Shown here: positions 22,541-31,421 of the stretch, piece by piece | Numbering within the stretch: position 1 is the stretch's first letter | Layout: every line of letters begins with the position of its first letter | From: an uncultured Dehalococcoidia bacterium | Lineage (GTDB): Bacteria; Chloroflexota; Dehalococcoidia; Bin125 | Direction of reading: 5' to 3' | NCBI GenBank assembly: GCA_964655365.1 | Contig: CAZZMQ010000003.1 | Coordinates: forward strand, 10,750 to 47,410 | DNA length: 36,661 nt | Position numbers and translations under genes: made by a program | Notes under the pieces: model-generated | Databases searched by the model: none | Told to the model about the DNA's origin: nothing | Seen by the model: only the letters and a program-made list of their open reading frames with translations

Positions 22541-22704
22541 GGCATCCGAGACTGGATAGTAAAACTTTGCTCGCCTCCTCCGCAACGACGATCGGTGAGC
22601 CAAACTGGCCCGCATTTCCCAACGGGTGAGCCAGCCAAAAAGCCTGGAGATCCACGTTGGGGTAGGTGGGGTGAGGATTCCTCTCGTCCTGAGTAAGGCA
22701 CTCG

Positions 22705-22950
22705 TTAATCACCGGTCTCACCGGACAACAGACTTGCTGGATCCGGTGGAGCGCTCGGCTCAGCGCGCGAGACAAAGTCCTTAAGTCGCTTCTCGGCGAC
22801 GGGGCGCGCCAGCAGAACACGTCGGCTGCACGTGGTACAAACCAGTCCAATATCCGCGCCGACACGAGAAACGCGCCACTCAAAGCCACCGCAAGGATGC
22901 CGCTTGCGCAGCGACACGATATCGTCCACTCGGAAATCGACAATTGGCAT
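22705..22950 (-). CDS. DUF951 family small protein (YyzM-like)
   Basis: FRVDDIVSLRKRHPCGGFEWRVSRVGADIGLVCTTCSRRVLLARPVAEKRLK matches the DUF951 pattern (HPCG...W...R.G.DI...C..C). I trimmed to the ATG at 22950, since the longer ORF would overlap pyrF. Confidence 0.7.
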   Translation of the reverse strand: MPIVDFRVDDIVSLRKRHPCGGFEWRVSRVGADIGLVCTTCSRRVLLARPVAEKRLKDFVSRAEPSAPPDPASLLSGETGD

Positions 22951-22963
22951 CAGGCCCCCGCAA

Positions 22964-23800
22964 TCAGTGCAGCCCACCGGAGCCCGGCTCACGGCGAGCA
23001 GTGTTGATCGCCTCGCGCAGTTCAAGGGCAGCAGCGCGGGCGGCCGCGCCAAAGTCCTCTCCGTCCGATGCGTACAGCACAGAGCGCGATGCGCTAAGCA
23101 TTAGCCCACCGCCCTCCGCATCCAAGCCGTGCGCCACAGCCCCCTCAAGATCCCCACCCTGCGCGCCGATACCGGGAAGCAAGATCGGCAGGTCCGGACA
23201 GCGTTCACGGATCTTGGCAAGCTCTTCGGGATAGGTCGCTCCCACCACAAGCCCTACGTTGCCCTGCAGCCGATTCCACTCGTCGGCCAGTTCCGCCACC
23301 CGCATGTAGAGCGGCTGGGCGGGTTCTCCGAGGGCTCGCGTGGTGCCGAGATCCTGCAGGTCGCGAGCGCTGGGATTTGACGTCCGACAAAGCACAAACG
23401 CGGTATGCTCCGGCCGAGCCAGGAACGGCGCCACGCTGTCCGCGCCCAGGTATGGGTTGACCGTCATTGCGTCCGCGCCGAAGTAGTCGAAACCAGCGCT
23501 GGCGTACGCCTCCGCGGTGGAGCCGATATCGCCCCGCTTAGCGTCCAACAGTACGGGAATCTCGCCCGGCACGGCGTCGATAGTCGCCTTCAGAGCATCC
23601 CAGCCTTCGCGGCCGTAGGCCTCGAAAAATGCAGACTGGGGCTTATAGACGCAGACCAAATCCTGGGTTGCCTCGATGATCGTAAGGCAGAACCGCTCCA
23701 CATCGTCTATCGGCATCAGCGCGGGGTTCGGATCGAGCCCCACGCAGAGCAAGGAGTCGTTCCGGCTCGAAGCAGCTCGCAATTTCTCTCGGAAGGCCAT
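22964..23800 (-). CDS. pyrF: Orotidine 5'-phosphate decarboxylase (type 2, long form)
   Basis: LCVGLDPNP, LLDAKRGDIGSTAEAYA, and a PGIGAQGGD C-terminal phosphate-binding loop. Confidence 0.93.
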   Translation of the reverse strand: MAFREKLRAASSRNDSLLCVGLDPNPALMPIDDVERFCLTIIEATQDLVCVYKPQSAFFEAYGREGWDALKATIDAVPGEIPVLLDAKRGDIGSTAEAYASAGFDYFGADAMTVNPYLGADSVAPFLARPEHTAFVLCRTSNPSARDLQDLGTTRALGEPAQPLYMRVAELADEWNRLQGNVGLVVGATYPEELAKIRERCPDLPILLPGIGAQGGDLEGAVAHGLDAEGGGLMLSASRSVLYASDGEDFGAAARAAALELREAINTARREPGSGGLH

Positions 23801-23877
23801 CTATTCAGTCTAGTCTGCCTGTCGAGGCCACCCGCGGACGGGTTGTCGTCGGCGGGAACGCCGGTCACGATGGGCGC

Positions 23878-24612
23878 ATGGCCTACGCCCGCCACGTCGA
23901 AGTCCACTTCACGCCCCCGCCCACCAGCCTGCTGGCGGGGACGACCTGCCTGGTGGTCGACACGTTGCGTGCCACGACAGTGATCACCACACTCATCTCC
24001 GGCGGCGCCACAGCCGTCTACCCCGTCGCGACACTAGACAGGGCGCATAGTGTCGCTCAGGAACTCGACGCAAAGCTCGTAGGCGAGCGCGGGGGCCTCC
24101 CGGCCGAGGGCTTCGACTACGGCAATTCGCCGTCCCAGTTCTCCTCGCTCGATGTGCGCGGCTGGACCGTAGTGCAATCCACGAGCAACGGCTCTCAGGC
24201 CCTGGAACAGACCTGTGAGGCCGAGTGCATCGTCATCGCCTGCCTACGCAACCGGCTTGCGGCGGCGCAGGCGGCCCTGGCGACGTCAAATGATCTCGCG
24301 ATCGTATGCAGCGGCGAGGACAGCAGCCGCCGCCCTTCCGTGGAGGATGTCTACACCGCTGGGGCGTTGGTGCGACAGGTTGTCGCATCAGAACCAACGC
24401 TGAGGCGCACAGCAGGAGCACGTTTGGCCTTGCGGATTTTCGACTCCTACGCGACAGCGGCTGACGCCTTCGCCGACGCCCCCCATGCGATTAATCTACG
24501 CCAGCTCGGCCTTCACGCCGACCTTGAATTCGCCGCTGAGCTTGACGTCGATTCCTCACAGCCGGTAGTCACCCGCGACGCCCAGAACCGACTGCGCATC
24601 ATTGGCTCGTAA
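23878..24612 (+). CDS. comB: 2-phosphosulfolactate phosphatase family protein (ComB)
   Basis: VVDTLRATTVITTLISGGA, GERGGLPAEGFDYGNSP and SSNGS-like motifs typical of the ComB family. 244 aa. Confidence 0.85.
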   Translation: MAYARHVEVHFTPPPTSLLAGTTCLVVDTLRATTVITTLISGGATAVYPVATLDRAHSVAQELDAKLVGERGGLPAEGFDYGNSPSQFSSLDVRGWTVVQSTSNGSQALEQTCEAECIVIACLRNRLAAAQAALATSNDLAIVCSGEDSSRRPSVEDVYTAGALVRQVVASEPTLRRTAGARLALRIFDSYATAADAFADAPHAINLRQLGLHADLEFAAELDVDSSQPVVTRDAQNRLRIIGS

Positions 24613-24633
24613 GAGCTCACTCCGCCCAGTCGA

Positions 24634-26073
24634 TCAAGGCTCCTCTTTCAGAAGAAGCCAAGCCTGCTCAAGGCGCACGAAGTCTGCAGGCGGCGAATCC
24701 ACGCCGCCGTAGCGAAGCCGAGAGAAGCGCTCCGAAATCTCTACGGGGATGTCCGACTTGTACTGTGAATACAGGGTCATCGTGAACTGCAGCGGCGGGC
24801 GAGCGATCGGCCTGACGTTACCGCGGCGTTCCGCATCGGCTAACACATCGAAGTAGAGCCGTGCCAGAGGTAAATCGTGTTCTCCGGCGCCCACCCGACG
24901 GCGCAGTCGATTACGTACATTCTGCCAAGCGCCCTTTAAATCATCCAACACGTGCGCTTCGCTCCAAAGTGAGTCGCGCTCTTCATCAGCCGCGGTCGGT
25001 CGGGCCGCGAAACGCCGGAAAAGTACCACCACAAAGATGGCGAACACCACCACCAGGCCAATCGCGCCGAAAACACGCACCAGAACGGCGCCCGCCGATG
25101 AGGACTGATGCGCAGCTGTCTCCTCTCCCGGAAGTGCTTCCCCGTCATCGTCGAAATTGAAAGCCGGCAATTCTAACGTCCGCTCAGGCGGGTTGTCCGG
25201 AACAATCAGTTCGATCAGCCAAAACAGCGGCCAAAGCAAATACGCGATACCGAGAAATACATACCCCAGTCCATCACCGAGCACTTCCAGCACGGGCTCA
25301 GCGACTCCAGTCCCGGCTAGCCCTGCGATCACGAGCAACACGACCAGCATGAAGATCGCAACTGCGGCCCAAACCAAGCCAAGCGTCACAATAAACGTCA
25401 AACTGCTGCCACGGAGCGAACCCGCCACCTCCACCTTCGCCCGGCTCGCAGCGCGGAAGGCGACCACCGCGAGACCCACCATGACGTAGATCAGCGCCGC
25501 TAGCCGGACCGTGCCCTCGATGCCAAAGTCATTGCCTCCAACGAAGCCAGCTACAAAGGCAACGGCCGCGAAGACGCCGGGGCCCTGCAATGGACGATCC
25601 ACGACATCGGCCGTCCCCAGCAAGACTCCCCGGAACCAAACAAAAAAGAGGAGAAAGCCGCCGACCGTGTGATCGACGCGGCCGAATTTGCGAAACGCGT
25701 CACTGTCCGGGTCACCGAGATCACCAATCCAACCGAAATCCCAGACCCGAAGCGACTCCGAAAGATCGAGTCGGCCGATCACCTGCAGGGCGACGATGGT
25801 AAGCAGCGCGCCCAGCAGCCAACGCTGCGTTTTCGAGATCTCACGCCTAGCGAGCCAGCGGGTCGCAAACATCGCGACCCCCATCAAGCCCATCACACCC
25901 CATGCAGAGATCGTCTCGGAGTGATTGCCCGGAATCTTGCCGATGACCGCCACAATCACGACGATCGGCATCGCCTCAACCACGAGAGTCGCGAGACTCA
26001 GCGCCCCGTTCTCAAAGTCGAATCTGGATGGCAGGAGTTCAGTGGACTCGTCCCTGAGCTGAGCGTCCGTCAC
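24634..26073 (-). CDS. Multi-pass membrane protein with a C-terminal DUF4129-like domain (MoxR/DUF58-associated)
   Basis: 479 aa with at least 7 hydrophobic segments and no cysteine, so no transglutaminase catalytic core. After the last TM comes a C-terminal soluble region (LARLYFDVLADAERRGNVRPIARPPLQF...RFSRLRYGG) of the DUF4129 type. Its GTG start lies 1 nt downstream of the DUF58 stop codon (TGAgGTG). Confidence 0.7.
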   Translation of the reverse strand: MTDAQLRDESTELLPSRFDFENGALSLATLVVEAMPIVVIVAVIGKIPGNHSETISAWGVMGLMGVAMFATRWLARREISKTQRWLLGALLTIVALQVIGRLDLSESLRVWDFGWIGDLGDPDSDAFRKFGRVDHTVGGFLLFFVWFRGVLLGTADVVDRPLQGPGVFAAVAFVAGFVGGNDFGIEGTVRLAALIYVMVGLAVVAFRAASRAKVEVAGSLRGSSLTFIVTLGLVWAAVAIFMLVVLLVIAGLAGTGVAEPVLEVLGDGLGYVFLGIAYLLWPLFWLIELIVPDNPPERTLELPAFNFDDDGEALPGEETAAHQSSSAGAVLVRVFGAIGLVVVFAIFVVVLFRRFAARPTAADEERDSLWSEAHVLDDLKGAWQNVRNRLRRRVGAGEHDLPLARLYFDVLADAERRGNVRPIARPPLQFTMTLYSQYKSDIPVEISERFSRLRYGGVDSPPADFVRLEQAWLLLKEEP

Positions 26074-26074
26074 C

Positions 26075-26998
26075 TCAGCTGCCCCCGTCGCTGCTGGGAC
26101 TCGCGGCTAGATAATCGCCGTCGGACTCGCCTTCCCTGCGCCGCGCCCAGACACTCTCGCGTGATCCCAGCGGGGCCTGCGACCCCCCCATGCGTCCCGC
26201 CCCCGAGTCGGGCCCGTCGGGCCCACCGCCGTTACCGCCCGCCGCACCACCACCCAGCGGCTCATAATCCTCCTCTAGCCGAACTTCAAGATCCTTGCGC
26301 TTGAGCGAATGTCCATCGACACGGGTAAACGCGATGCCATCCAGTGCCTCCCGCACGTCCTGAATCAGCGCACCGCCAAATTCTGTCGGTGGGTCCTCTA
26401 TCCCCAGGTAGATCACGGCCACTTGGTGCCCGCGCTGCTTCACACGCCGCAACGCCTCGGCCAGACGCGGCGGAGTGAGCGCCGTGACGAGCACGATCGT
26501 GCTACCCAGCGGGAGGCGGCGCGCCTCTTCATCCACCAACCGATCCATCGTCACCAACGTGAACGAATCCACCATCGCCAAGGCCTCCAGTACCGTCAGC
26601 AACTGACGATCGCTGCGCCCAGCTGGCACCCTAATCGTGGAGTCCTCCATGGGGAAAGAGCAATTTGAGATCAGGCCAAAAGGCAGCCGCTCGTTGGCGT
26701 ACACCGTAGCCAGCGTCGCGGCGACGGAGATGGCCTGCTCATAGATCTCCGCGATGAATCCCTGATACGGCTCGGGCACCGTTGTCACGTTGAGGGCGAT
26801 GACAATCTGCGGATTGCTCGATGGATCATAAATCCGGCTCTGCAGTTTTCGGTGGCGCGCCGTCGCCTTCCATTCGACGCGCTTGAGCGGATCACCGCCG
26901 CGATAGTCGCGCAAGCCTTTGAGTCGGGAGGGGTCCTCAAACAGCGGCTGCCCGCCCGCCGTTTCTCCATAGGGATGGTGCAGCGGGATATCCAACAC
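26075..26998 (-). CDS. DUF58 family protein, C-terminal portion (conserved RDYxxGD motif plus vWA-like domain and a Gly-rich tail)
   Basis: LKGLRDYRGGDPLKRVEWKATARHRKLQSRIYD is the DUF58 signature. It is followed by an alpha/beta region and a roughly 70-aa Gly/Ser/Asp-rich tail. It is in frame with 27002-27658, separated by a TAG and one Glu codon. Confidence 0.8.
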   Translation of the reverse strand: MLDIPLHHPYGETAGGQPLFEDPSRLKGLRDYRGGDPLKRVEWKATARHRKLQSRIYDPSSNPQIVIALNVTTVPEPYQGFIAEIYEQAISVAATLATVYANERLPFGLISNCSFPMEDSTIRVPAGRSDRQLLTVLEALAMVDSFTLVTMDRLVDEEARRLPLGSTIVLVTALTPPRLAEALRRVKQRGHQVAVIYLGIEDPPTEFGGALIQDVREALDGIAFTRVDGHSLKRKDLEVRLEEDYEPLGGGAAGGNGGGPDGPDSGAGRMGGSQAPLGSRESVWARRREGESDGDYLAASPSSDGGS

Positions 26999-27001
26999 TT
27001 C

Positions 27002-27658
27002 CTACGGGACAGTCTCCGGGTATACCCATAACTTTTGGATCGTGGAGTCTTCCTGTTGCCGCGTGAAGAATCCAAACAGATCACCCGAGCGCAAGCGCGT
27101 CGCACCAAACTGGTAGAACCCGCGCGCAACGAGCGGAATCATGTACGTCCACACGATGCGCTCGTACCAGCGCATGCTCGTGCGACGGTCAATCAACGCC
27201 TCGTCACTGCCGTTCGTGAATGAGAGCTGTCGGTTATTCGGCGCCAACACCGGTGGTAGTGAGAGCCGCACCTCCAACCAGGGCAACGGCAAAAGTTTGC
27301 GGTTCTCAATCCGTACCCGCCAATCAATCGACTCGCCAACGAAGGCATGTGTCTGGGACAGTTCTTGTGACGTCTCGACCAAGCGCAGCGACCATCGGCC
27401 CCAGAGGCGCGCCAACCAGCCGGCGACAAAGACCGCCGCACCCACTAGCGACACAATCACCTCGTCGGAGGCAATACCGATCACGATTACCAGCAGCGAT
27501 GCGATCACCCAGCTCTCACGCAAAGCACGATTCTCTTGCGGCTCAACGAAGCGCGAGAGGGCCTGTCGATGCTCGCGTTGCTTATGCCGTTTCTCTAATT
27601 TGGCCTCCGCCTGCTCATCCGGATCCTGACCACCACTACCCCGAGAAAAAAACGCCAT
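27002..27658 (-). CDS. DUF58 family protein, N-terminal portion (two TM helices plus a beta-rich region), ending at an in-frame TAG
   Basis: The N-terminal hydrophobic pair (WVIASLLVIVIGIA.../VSLVGAAVFVAGWLARLW) and the region up to ...GDLFGFF...VYPETVP correspond to the part of DUF58 proteins that precedes the RxYxxGD motif. The ATG at 27658 is 2 nt after the moxR stop. Confidence 0.7.
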   Translation of the reverse strand: MAFFSRGSGGQDPDEQAEAKLEKRHKQREHRQALSRFVEPQENRALRESWVIASLLVIVIGIASDEVIVSLVGAAVFVAGWLARLWGRWSLRLVETSQELSQTHAFVGESIDWRVRIENRKLLPLPWLEVRLSLPPVLAPNNRQLSFTNGSDEALIDRRTSMRWYERIVWTYMIPLVARGFYQFGATRLRSGDLFGFFTRQQEDSTIQKLWVYPETVP

Positions 27659-27660
27659 AG

Positions 27661-28632
27661 CTAGGCTTCGATCGGAACCGGCACCCTCTGCAGCACCTCC
27701 GCGAGCACGGAGTCCGTCGTGCCGGAGCGCAGGCGGCTTTGGGTCGACAGACGGAGGCGATGCGGCAGCACCGCGGGTGCCATCTCTTGCACATCGTCTG
27801 GCAATACATAATCCCTGCCACGGATCGCAGCCAGCGCCCGGCTGGTGCGCAGCAGGGCCAGCGAGCCACGCGGACTCGCACCCAAATCGAAGGCATCCTC
27901 GTCACGCGTCGCCTGGACCAACGAAACGATGTAACTCCGCACGCGTTCGTGTACTTGTATCTGTTCCACCGCCTTGGCCATGGCCAACAGCTGTGACCCA
28001 TCAACCACGGGCTCCAGTTCTTCCAGTGGCTCCGCCCTCTCAAATCGGACGAGGATGGCATCCTCCTCCTCCGGCGTCGGATAGCCCAGGTTGAGCCGCA
28101 GCAGAAAACGGTCGAGCTGTGCCTCGGGCAGAGGAAACGTTCCCTCGAGTTCGACAGGATTCTGCGTGGCAATGGCCAGGAAAGGGCGCGGCATCGTCAA
28201 CGTTTCACCTTCGACGGTGAGCTGCCGTTCCTCCATCGCCTCCAACAAGGCCGACTGTGTGCGCGGACTAGCGCGATTGATCTCGTCGGCCAAGACAAGC
28301 TGCGCCAGTAACGGTCCAGCGCGAAACTCAAACTCGCCGCTCTTCTGGTTGTAGATGTTGATCCCGGAAATATCGGCCGGCATCAGATCTGGTGTGAATT
28401 GGATGCGGCGGAATTCCAAACCGAGTGATCGCGCCAGCGACTTTGCCAGCATTGTCTTGCCCAACCCCGGCACATCGTCCAATAAGATGTGCCCCTCGGA
28501 GAGGAGCGCTACCAGGACATAGTCGATCGCCCGTTCTTTGCCTACGATCACGCGGGCCACGCTCTGCCGAATACGGTCCGCCAAAGCTGTGACCTCACTA
28601 AGCGTGGGCGCGGTGTTATCGGAGTCGTGCAC
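27661..28632 (-). CDS. MoxR-family AAA+ ATPase (MRP-type)
   Basis: Walker A LLDDVPGLGKTMLAKSLA, RIQFTPDLMPADISG, Walker B VLADEINRASPRTQSALLEAMEE, and a C-terminal lid (GASPRGSLALLR). 323 aa. Confidence 0.93.
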   Translation of the reverse strand: MHDSDNTAPTLSEVTALADRIRQSVARVIVGKERAIDYVLVALLSEGHILLDDVPGLGKTMLAKSLARSLGLEFRRIQFTPDLMPADISGINIYNQKSGEFEFRAGPLLAQLVLADEINRASPRTQSALLEAMEERQLTVEGETLTMPRPFLAIATQNPVELEGTFPLPEAQLDRFLLRLNLGYPTPEEEDAILVRFERAEPLEELEPVVDGSQLLAMAKAVEQIQVHERVRSYIVSLVQATRDEDAFDLGASPRGSLALLRTSRALAAIRGRDYVLPDDVQEMAPAVLPHRLRLSTQSRLRSGTTDSVLAEVLQRVPVPIEA

Positions 28633-28803
28633 GGGCTAGTCCGGAATTCAGATTTGTACGACGGGTCGCGGGGTCCGTAGCGTATCAGCGATTCTCTCTA
28701 TTTGCGCTTGCTCACAACCTGTTCGGCGTGAAAGCCTCGGCTTCCAGAGCGAGCCGTCGATGTCGCGGCCGCGCAAGCAACGCAGGCAAAGAATGGGGTT
28801 TGG

Positions 28804-30051
28804 ATGCGTGCCGAAATCATTTCGATCGGAACCGAGATTTTACTGGCTGACATCCAGGACACTAATTCTCGCTTCATTGCCTCGCGTCTGCCCGCGCTCG
28901 GCATCGACCTTTATTACATGCACCAGATCGGCGACAACCGTGACCGGCTGAGAGAGCTGATCGAGACCGCTATGGCCCGGTCAGAACTCGTCATACTAAC
29001 CGGCGGTCTCGGCCCGACCGAAGATGACATCACCCGAGACGCCATCGCCGATGCCTTCGGTGAAGAAGCCTATGTCGTTCCGGAACTCGAAGCCATCTTG
29101 CGTAATTTCTTCCAGCGCCGCGGTGCTCCGATGCCAGAGAAAAACATCAAGCAAGCCACCGTTCTCCCGTCAGGCGAAGCGGTCCCCAACCCGCGCGGAA
29201 CCGCACCAGGGTGGTGGGTGGAACGCGACCGCAAGATCGTGGTCGCCATGCCCGGTCCACCGGCCGAGATGACCGGAATGTGGGACGACGACATCGCTCC
29301 GCGGCTCCGGGAACGCAGCAACAGAGAAGTCATCGTGAGTCGCACGATCAAAACGGTGGGCGTAGGCGAGGGCACTGTCGACGAAATGGCCGGCCCCCTA
29401 CTCAAGTCCGCGAACCCTACGATCGGTGTCTACGCCAAGCGTGATGGTGTACACCTCCGGCTCACAGCGAAAGCCGCCGACGAAGCAACGGCGAAGCGGC
29501 TGATACATCCAGTCGAGCAACGGCTGCGCGAACTGTTCGGCTCAGCCGTTTGGGGCATCAACGACGACACGCTACAAGAGTCGATCGGGGACCTGCTCAA
29601 GAGCAACAACCTGACCATCGCTGTGATGGAATCCTGCACCGGCGGACTGCTCGCCAGCACTCTGACGGATGTCGCAGGCTCCAGCGGATACTTCATGGGC
29701 GGCTTGGTCACCTACAGCGAGGAAACCAAGATGCGCTATGGCGTTCCGGGGGAAGTAATCCGTGAGCACGGCGTCGTCTCCGAGCAAACGGCGCGAGCGA
29801 TGGCCCACGCCGCACGGAAAGAGATGGGCGCCGACATCGGCGTCGGCGTCACCGGGGTAGCTGGGCCCGCGGCACACGGTGGCAAGACGATCGGCACGAC
29901 CCACATAGGGATCGAGACACCAACCGACTCCGCCCATGCAGGCTACGTCTTTGCCCAGACGCGCGAAGCAATCAAGAACCGCGCCGTCACCAGCTCGCTG
30001 ACACTGATCCGTCGCGCCGCCCTAGGCGAACCCTTACGCACAGTCCGCTAA
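28804..30051 (+). CDS. cinA: CinA family protein (MoCF-like N-domain plus nicotinamide-nucleotide amidohydrolase PncC C-domain)
   Basis: MRAEIISIGTEILLADIQDTNSRFIA, LVILTGGLGPTEDDITRDA, and the C-terminal ESCTGGLLAS PncC motif. Confidence 0.92.
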   Translation: MRAEIISIGTEILLADIQDTNSRFIASRLPALGIDLYYMHQIGDNRDRLRELIETAMARSELVILTGGLGPTEDDITRDAIADAFGEEAYVVPELEAILRNFFQRRGAPMPEKNIKQATVLPSGEAVPNPRGTAPGWWVERDRKIVVAMPGPPAEMTGMWDDDIAPRLRERSNREVIVSRTIKTVGVGEGTVDEMAGPLLKSANPTIGVYAKRDGVHLRLTAKAADEATAKRLIHPVEQRLRELFGSAVWGINDDTLQESIGDLLKSNNLTIAVMESCTGGLLASTLTDVAGSSGYFMGGLVTYSEETKMRYGVPGEVIREHGVVSEQTARAMAHAARKEMGADIGVGVTGVAGPAAHGGKTIGTTHIGIETPTDSAHAGYVFAQTREAIKNRAVTSSLTLIRRAALGEPLRTVR

Positions 30052-30135
30052 GCCAACGCCGCTCAGGCACATCAAACTCCGACGGGTGGTCAAGTCATAG
30101 TTGCTTCCCACCCCCCATCCAGCGACGCTACCCGC

Positions 30136-31179
30136 ATGCTGACGGAGCACAACATCCTCCCAATCGCCCTTGGCGACAATTGGATCTACGCGCTGCCCTC
30201 GTCTGAAGGCGTTCTGTTGATCGACGCTGGGCCTGACTACGACGGTGCCTGGGAGGCGCTCCAGGGGCAACTCGACGCGGGCGGACTAGGCGATTCCGAG
30301 ATCTGGGGGGTCGTGATCACGCACGCTCACATCGACCACTGTGGGCTAGCAGCACGTTGGCAAAAGGAGGGGCACACGGTATACGGATCAGAGGCGGAGT
30401 TCCCCCGCTTCGCCCAGGGCGACCAGGTGATCGGCTTCCAGTCAGACCTGGTCTTCGGGTTAATGGCCGATAGCGGCGTGCCGGAGGAACGGATCGAAAA
30501 CTTCCGCGCGAGCCGTCGCCGCATGCACAAACCGTTTCCCGGAGCGAACCAAGGACCCCCGACCAAGGATCCCAAGCCAACGAGGCACAACCAGCGCAAG
30601 CGCTGGCCAGGGATGATCCGAGGGACCCCTTTCCAACCACAACGTATTCTCGCGGACGGGGCAATCCTCAACGTAGGCGAGCGCGAGATCCACTTCATTG
30701 AGGCACCCGGCCACACACCTGGCAACGCCGTCTGCTACGAACCCGTAAGCGGGGCACTTTTCAGCGGCGACCAGCTTCTGCCGCACGTTACGCCCAACCC
30801 CGGCATCCACTTTGCTACCGATGGCAGCGCCACGCGTTTCCGTAGTCTGCCTGCCTTCAATACGTCGATGGAGAAGGTGCGCGAACTCGGGGCCAGCCAT
30901 CTCTATCCGGGACACGGCGAATACGTGCCGGAGGTCGCGCCGATCATCGAACGCACACTCGAACATCACCGCAAGCGCCAGGATCGCATCCGCCGCTTCT
31001 TGCGCGGCACACCCCTGACTCCGTACGAGCTATTGCTCAAGTTCTTCCCCCACCTTCCGGACCGCCGCCTCTGGCAGGCTACCGGCGAAATCGTAGGCCA
31101 CCTCGACGCGCTTGAGGATGCCGGGGTCGTCGTCAAGGAGCGCAACGCAGATAACCATCTCGTGATCCGGCTGAGCTAG
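30136..31179 (+). CDS. MBL-fold metallo-hydrolase
   Basis: THAHIDHCG (the HxHxDH motif), a later GHTPG, and PGHG. 347 aa, with a basic insert (KDPKPTRHNQRKRW). Confidence 0.88.
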   Translation: MLTEHNILPIALGDNWIYALPSSEGVLLIDAGPDYDGAWEALQGQLDAGGLGDSEIWGVVITHAHIDHCGLAARWQKEGHTVYGSEAEFPRFAQGDQVIGFQSDLVFGLMADSGVPEERIENFRASRRRMHKPFPGANQGPPTKDPKPTRHNQRKRWPGMIRGTPFQPQRILADGAILNVGEREIHFIEAPGHTPGNAVCYEPVSGALFSGDQLLPHVTPNPGIHFATDGSATRFRSLPAFNTSMEKVRELGASHLYPGHGEYVPEVAPIIERTLEHHRKRQDRIRRFLRGTPLTPYELLLKFFPHLPDRRLWQATGEIVGHLDALEDAGVVVKERNADNHLVIRLS

Positions 31180-31421
31180 TTCCCGACGAGGTGCTCGCCG
31201 GACGGTACCTGGTGGATTCAGACGCCCATGGAGCTCCCATGGTCAAGTTCCAATCGCACCCTCGGACGTAGCCGATCGCCTCGTCTTATGAATCGCGACA
31301 CGACGTACCAGTGCCACCTTGACTCACGTCAGATCGCGCGCGAGTTGGCCTCACAATGAACAATGCCGATCATCAACGACCGGCTCCCCCACCAATCCAA
31401 TGGAAAGTGCAGATCAACCCA

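Noticed and set aside
27002-27004. The TAG inside DUF58 as programmed recoding (pyrrolysine or a reassigned stop)
   Set aside because: TAG terminates several well-conserved genes here at their expected C-termini (tsaE, the 2-hydroxyacid dehydrogenase, gyrA, moxR). It is therefore a normal stop codon in this genome.
31226-31242. Near-palindrome CCATGGAGCTCCCATGG in the convergent MBL/vWA intergenic region
   Set aside because: The CCATGG units are self-complementary 6-mers. The stem is short and no U-tract follows on either strand, so the evidence for a terminator or operator is weak.
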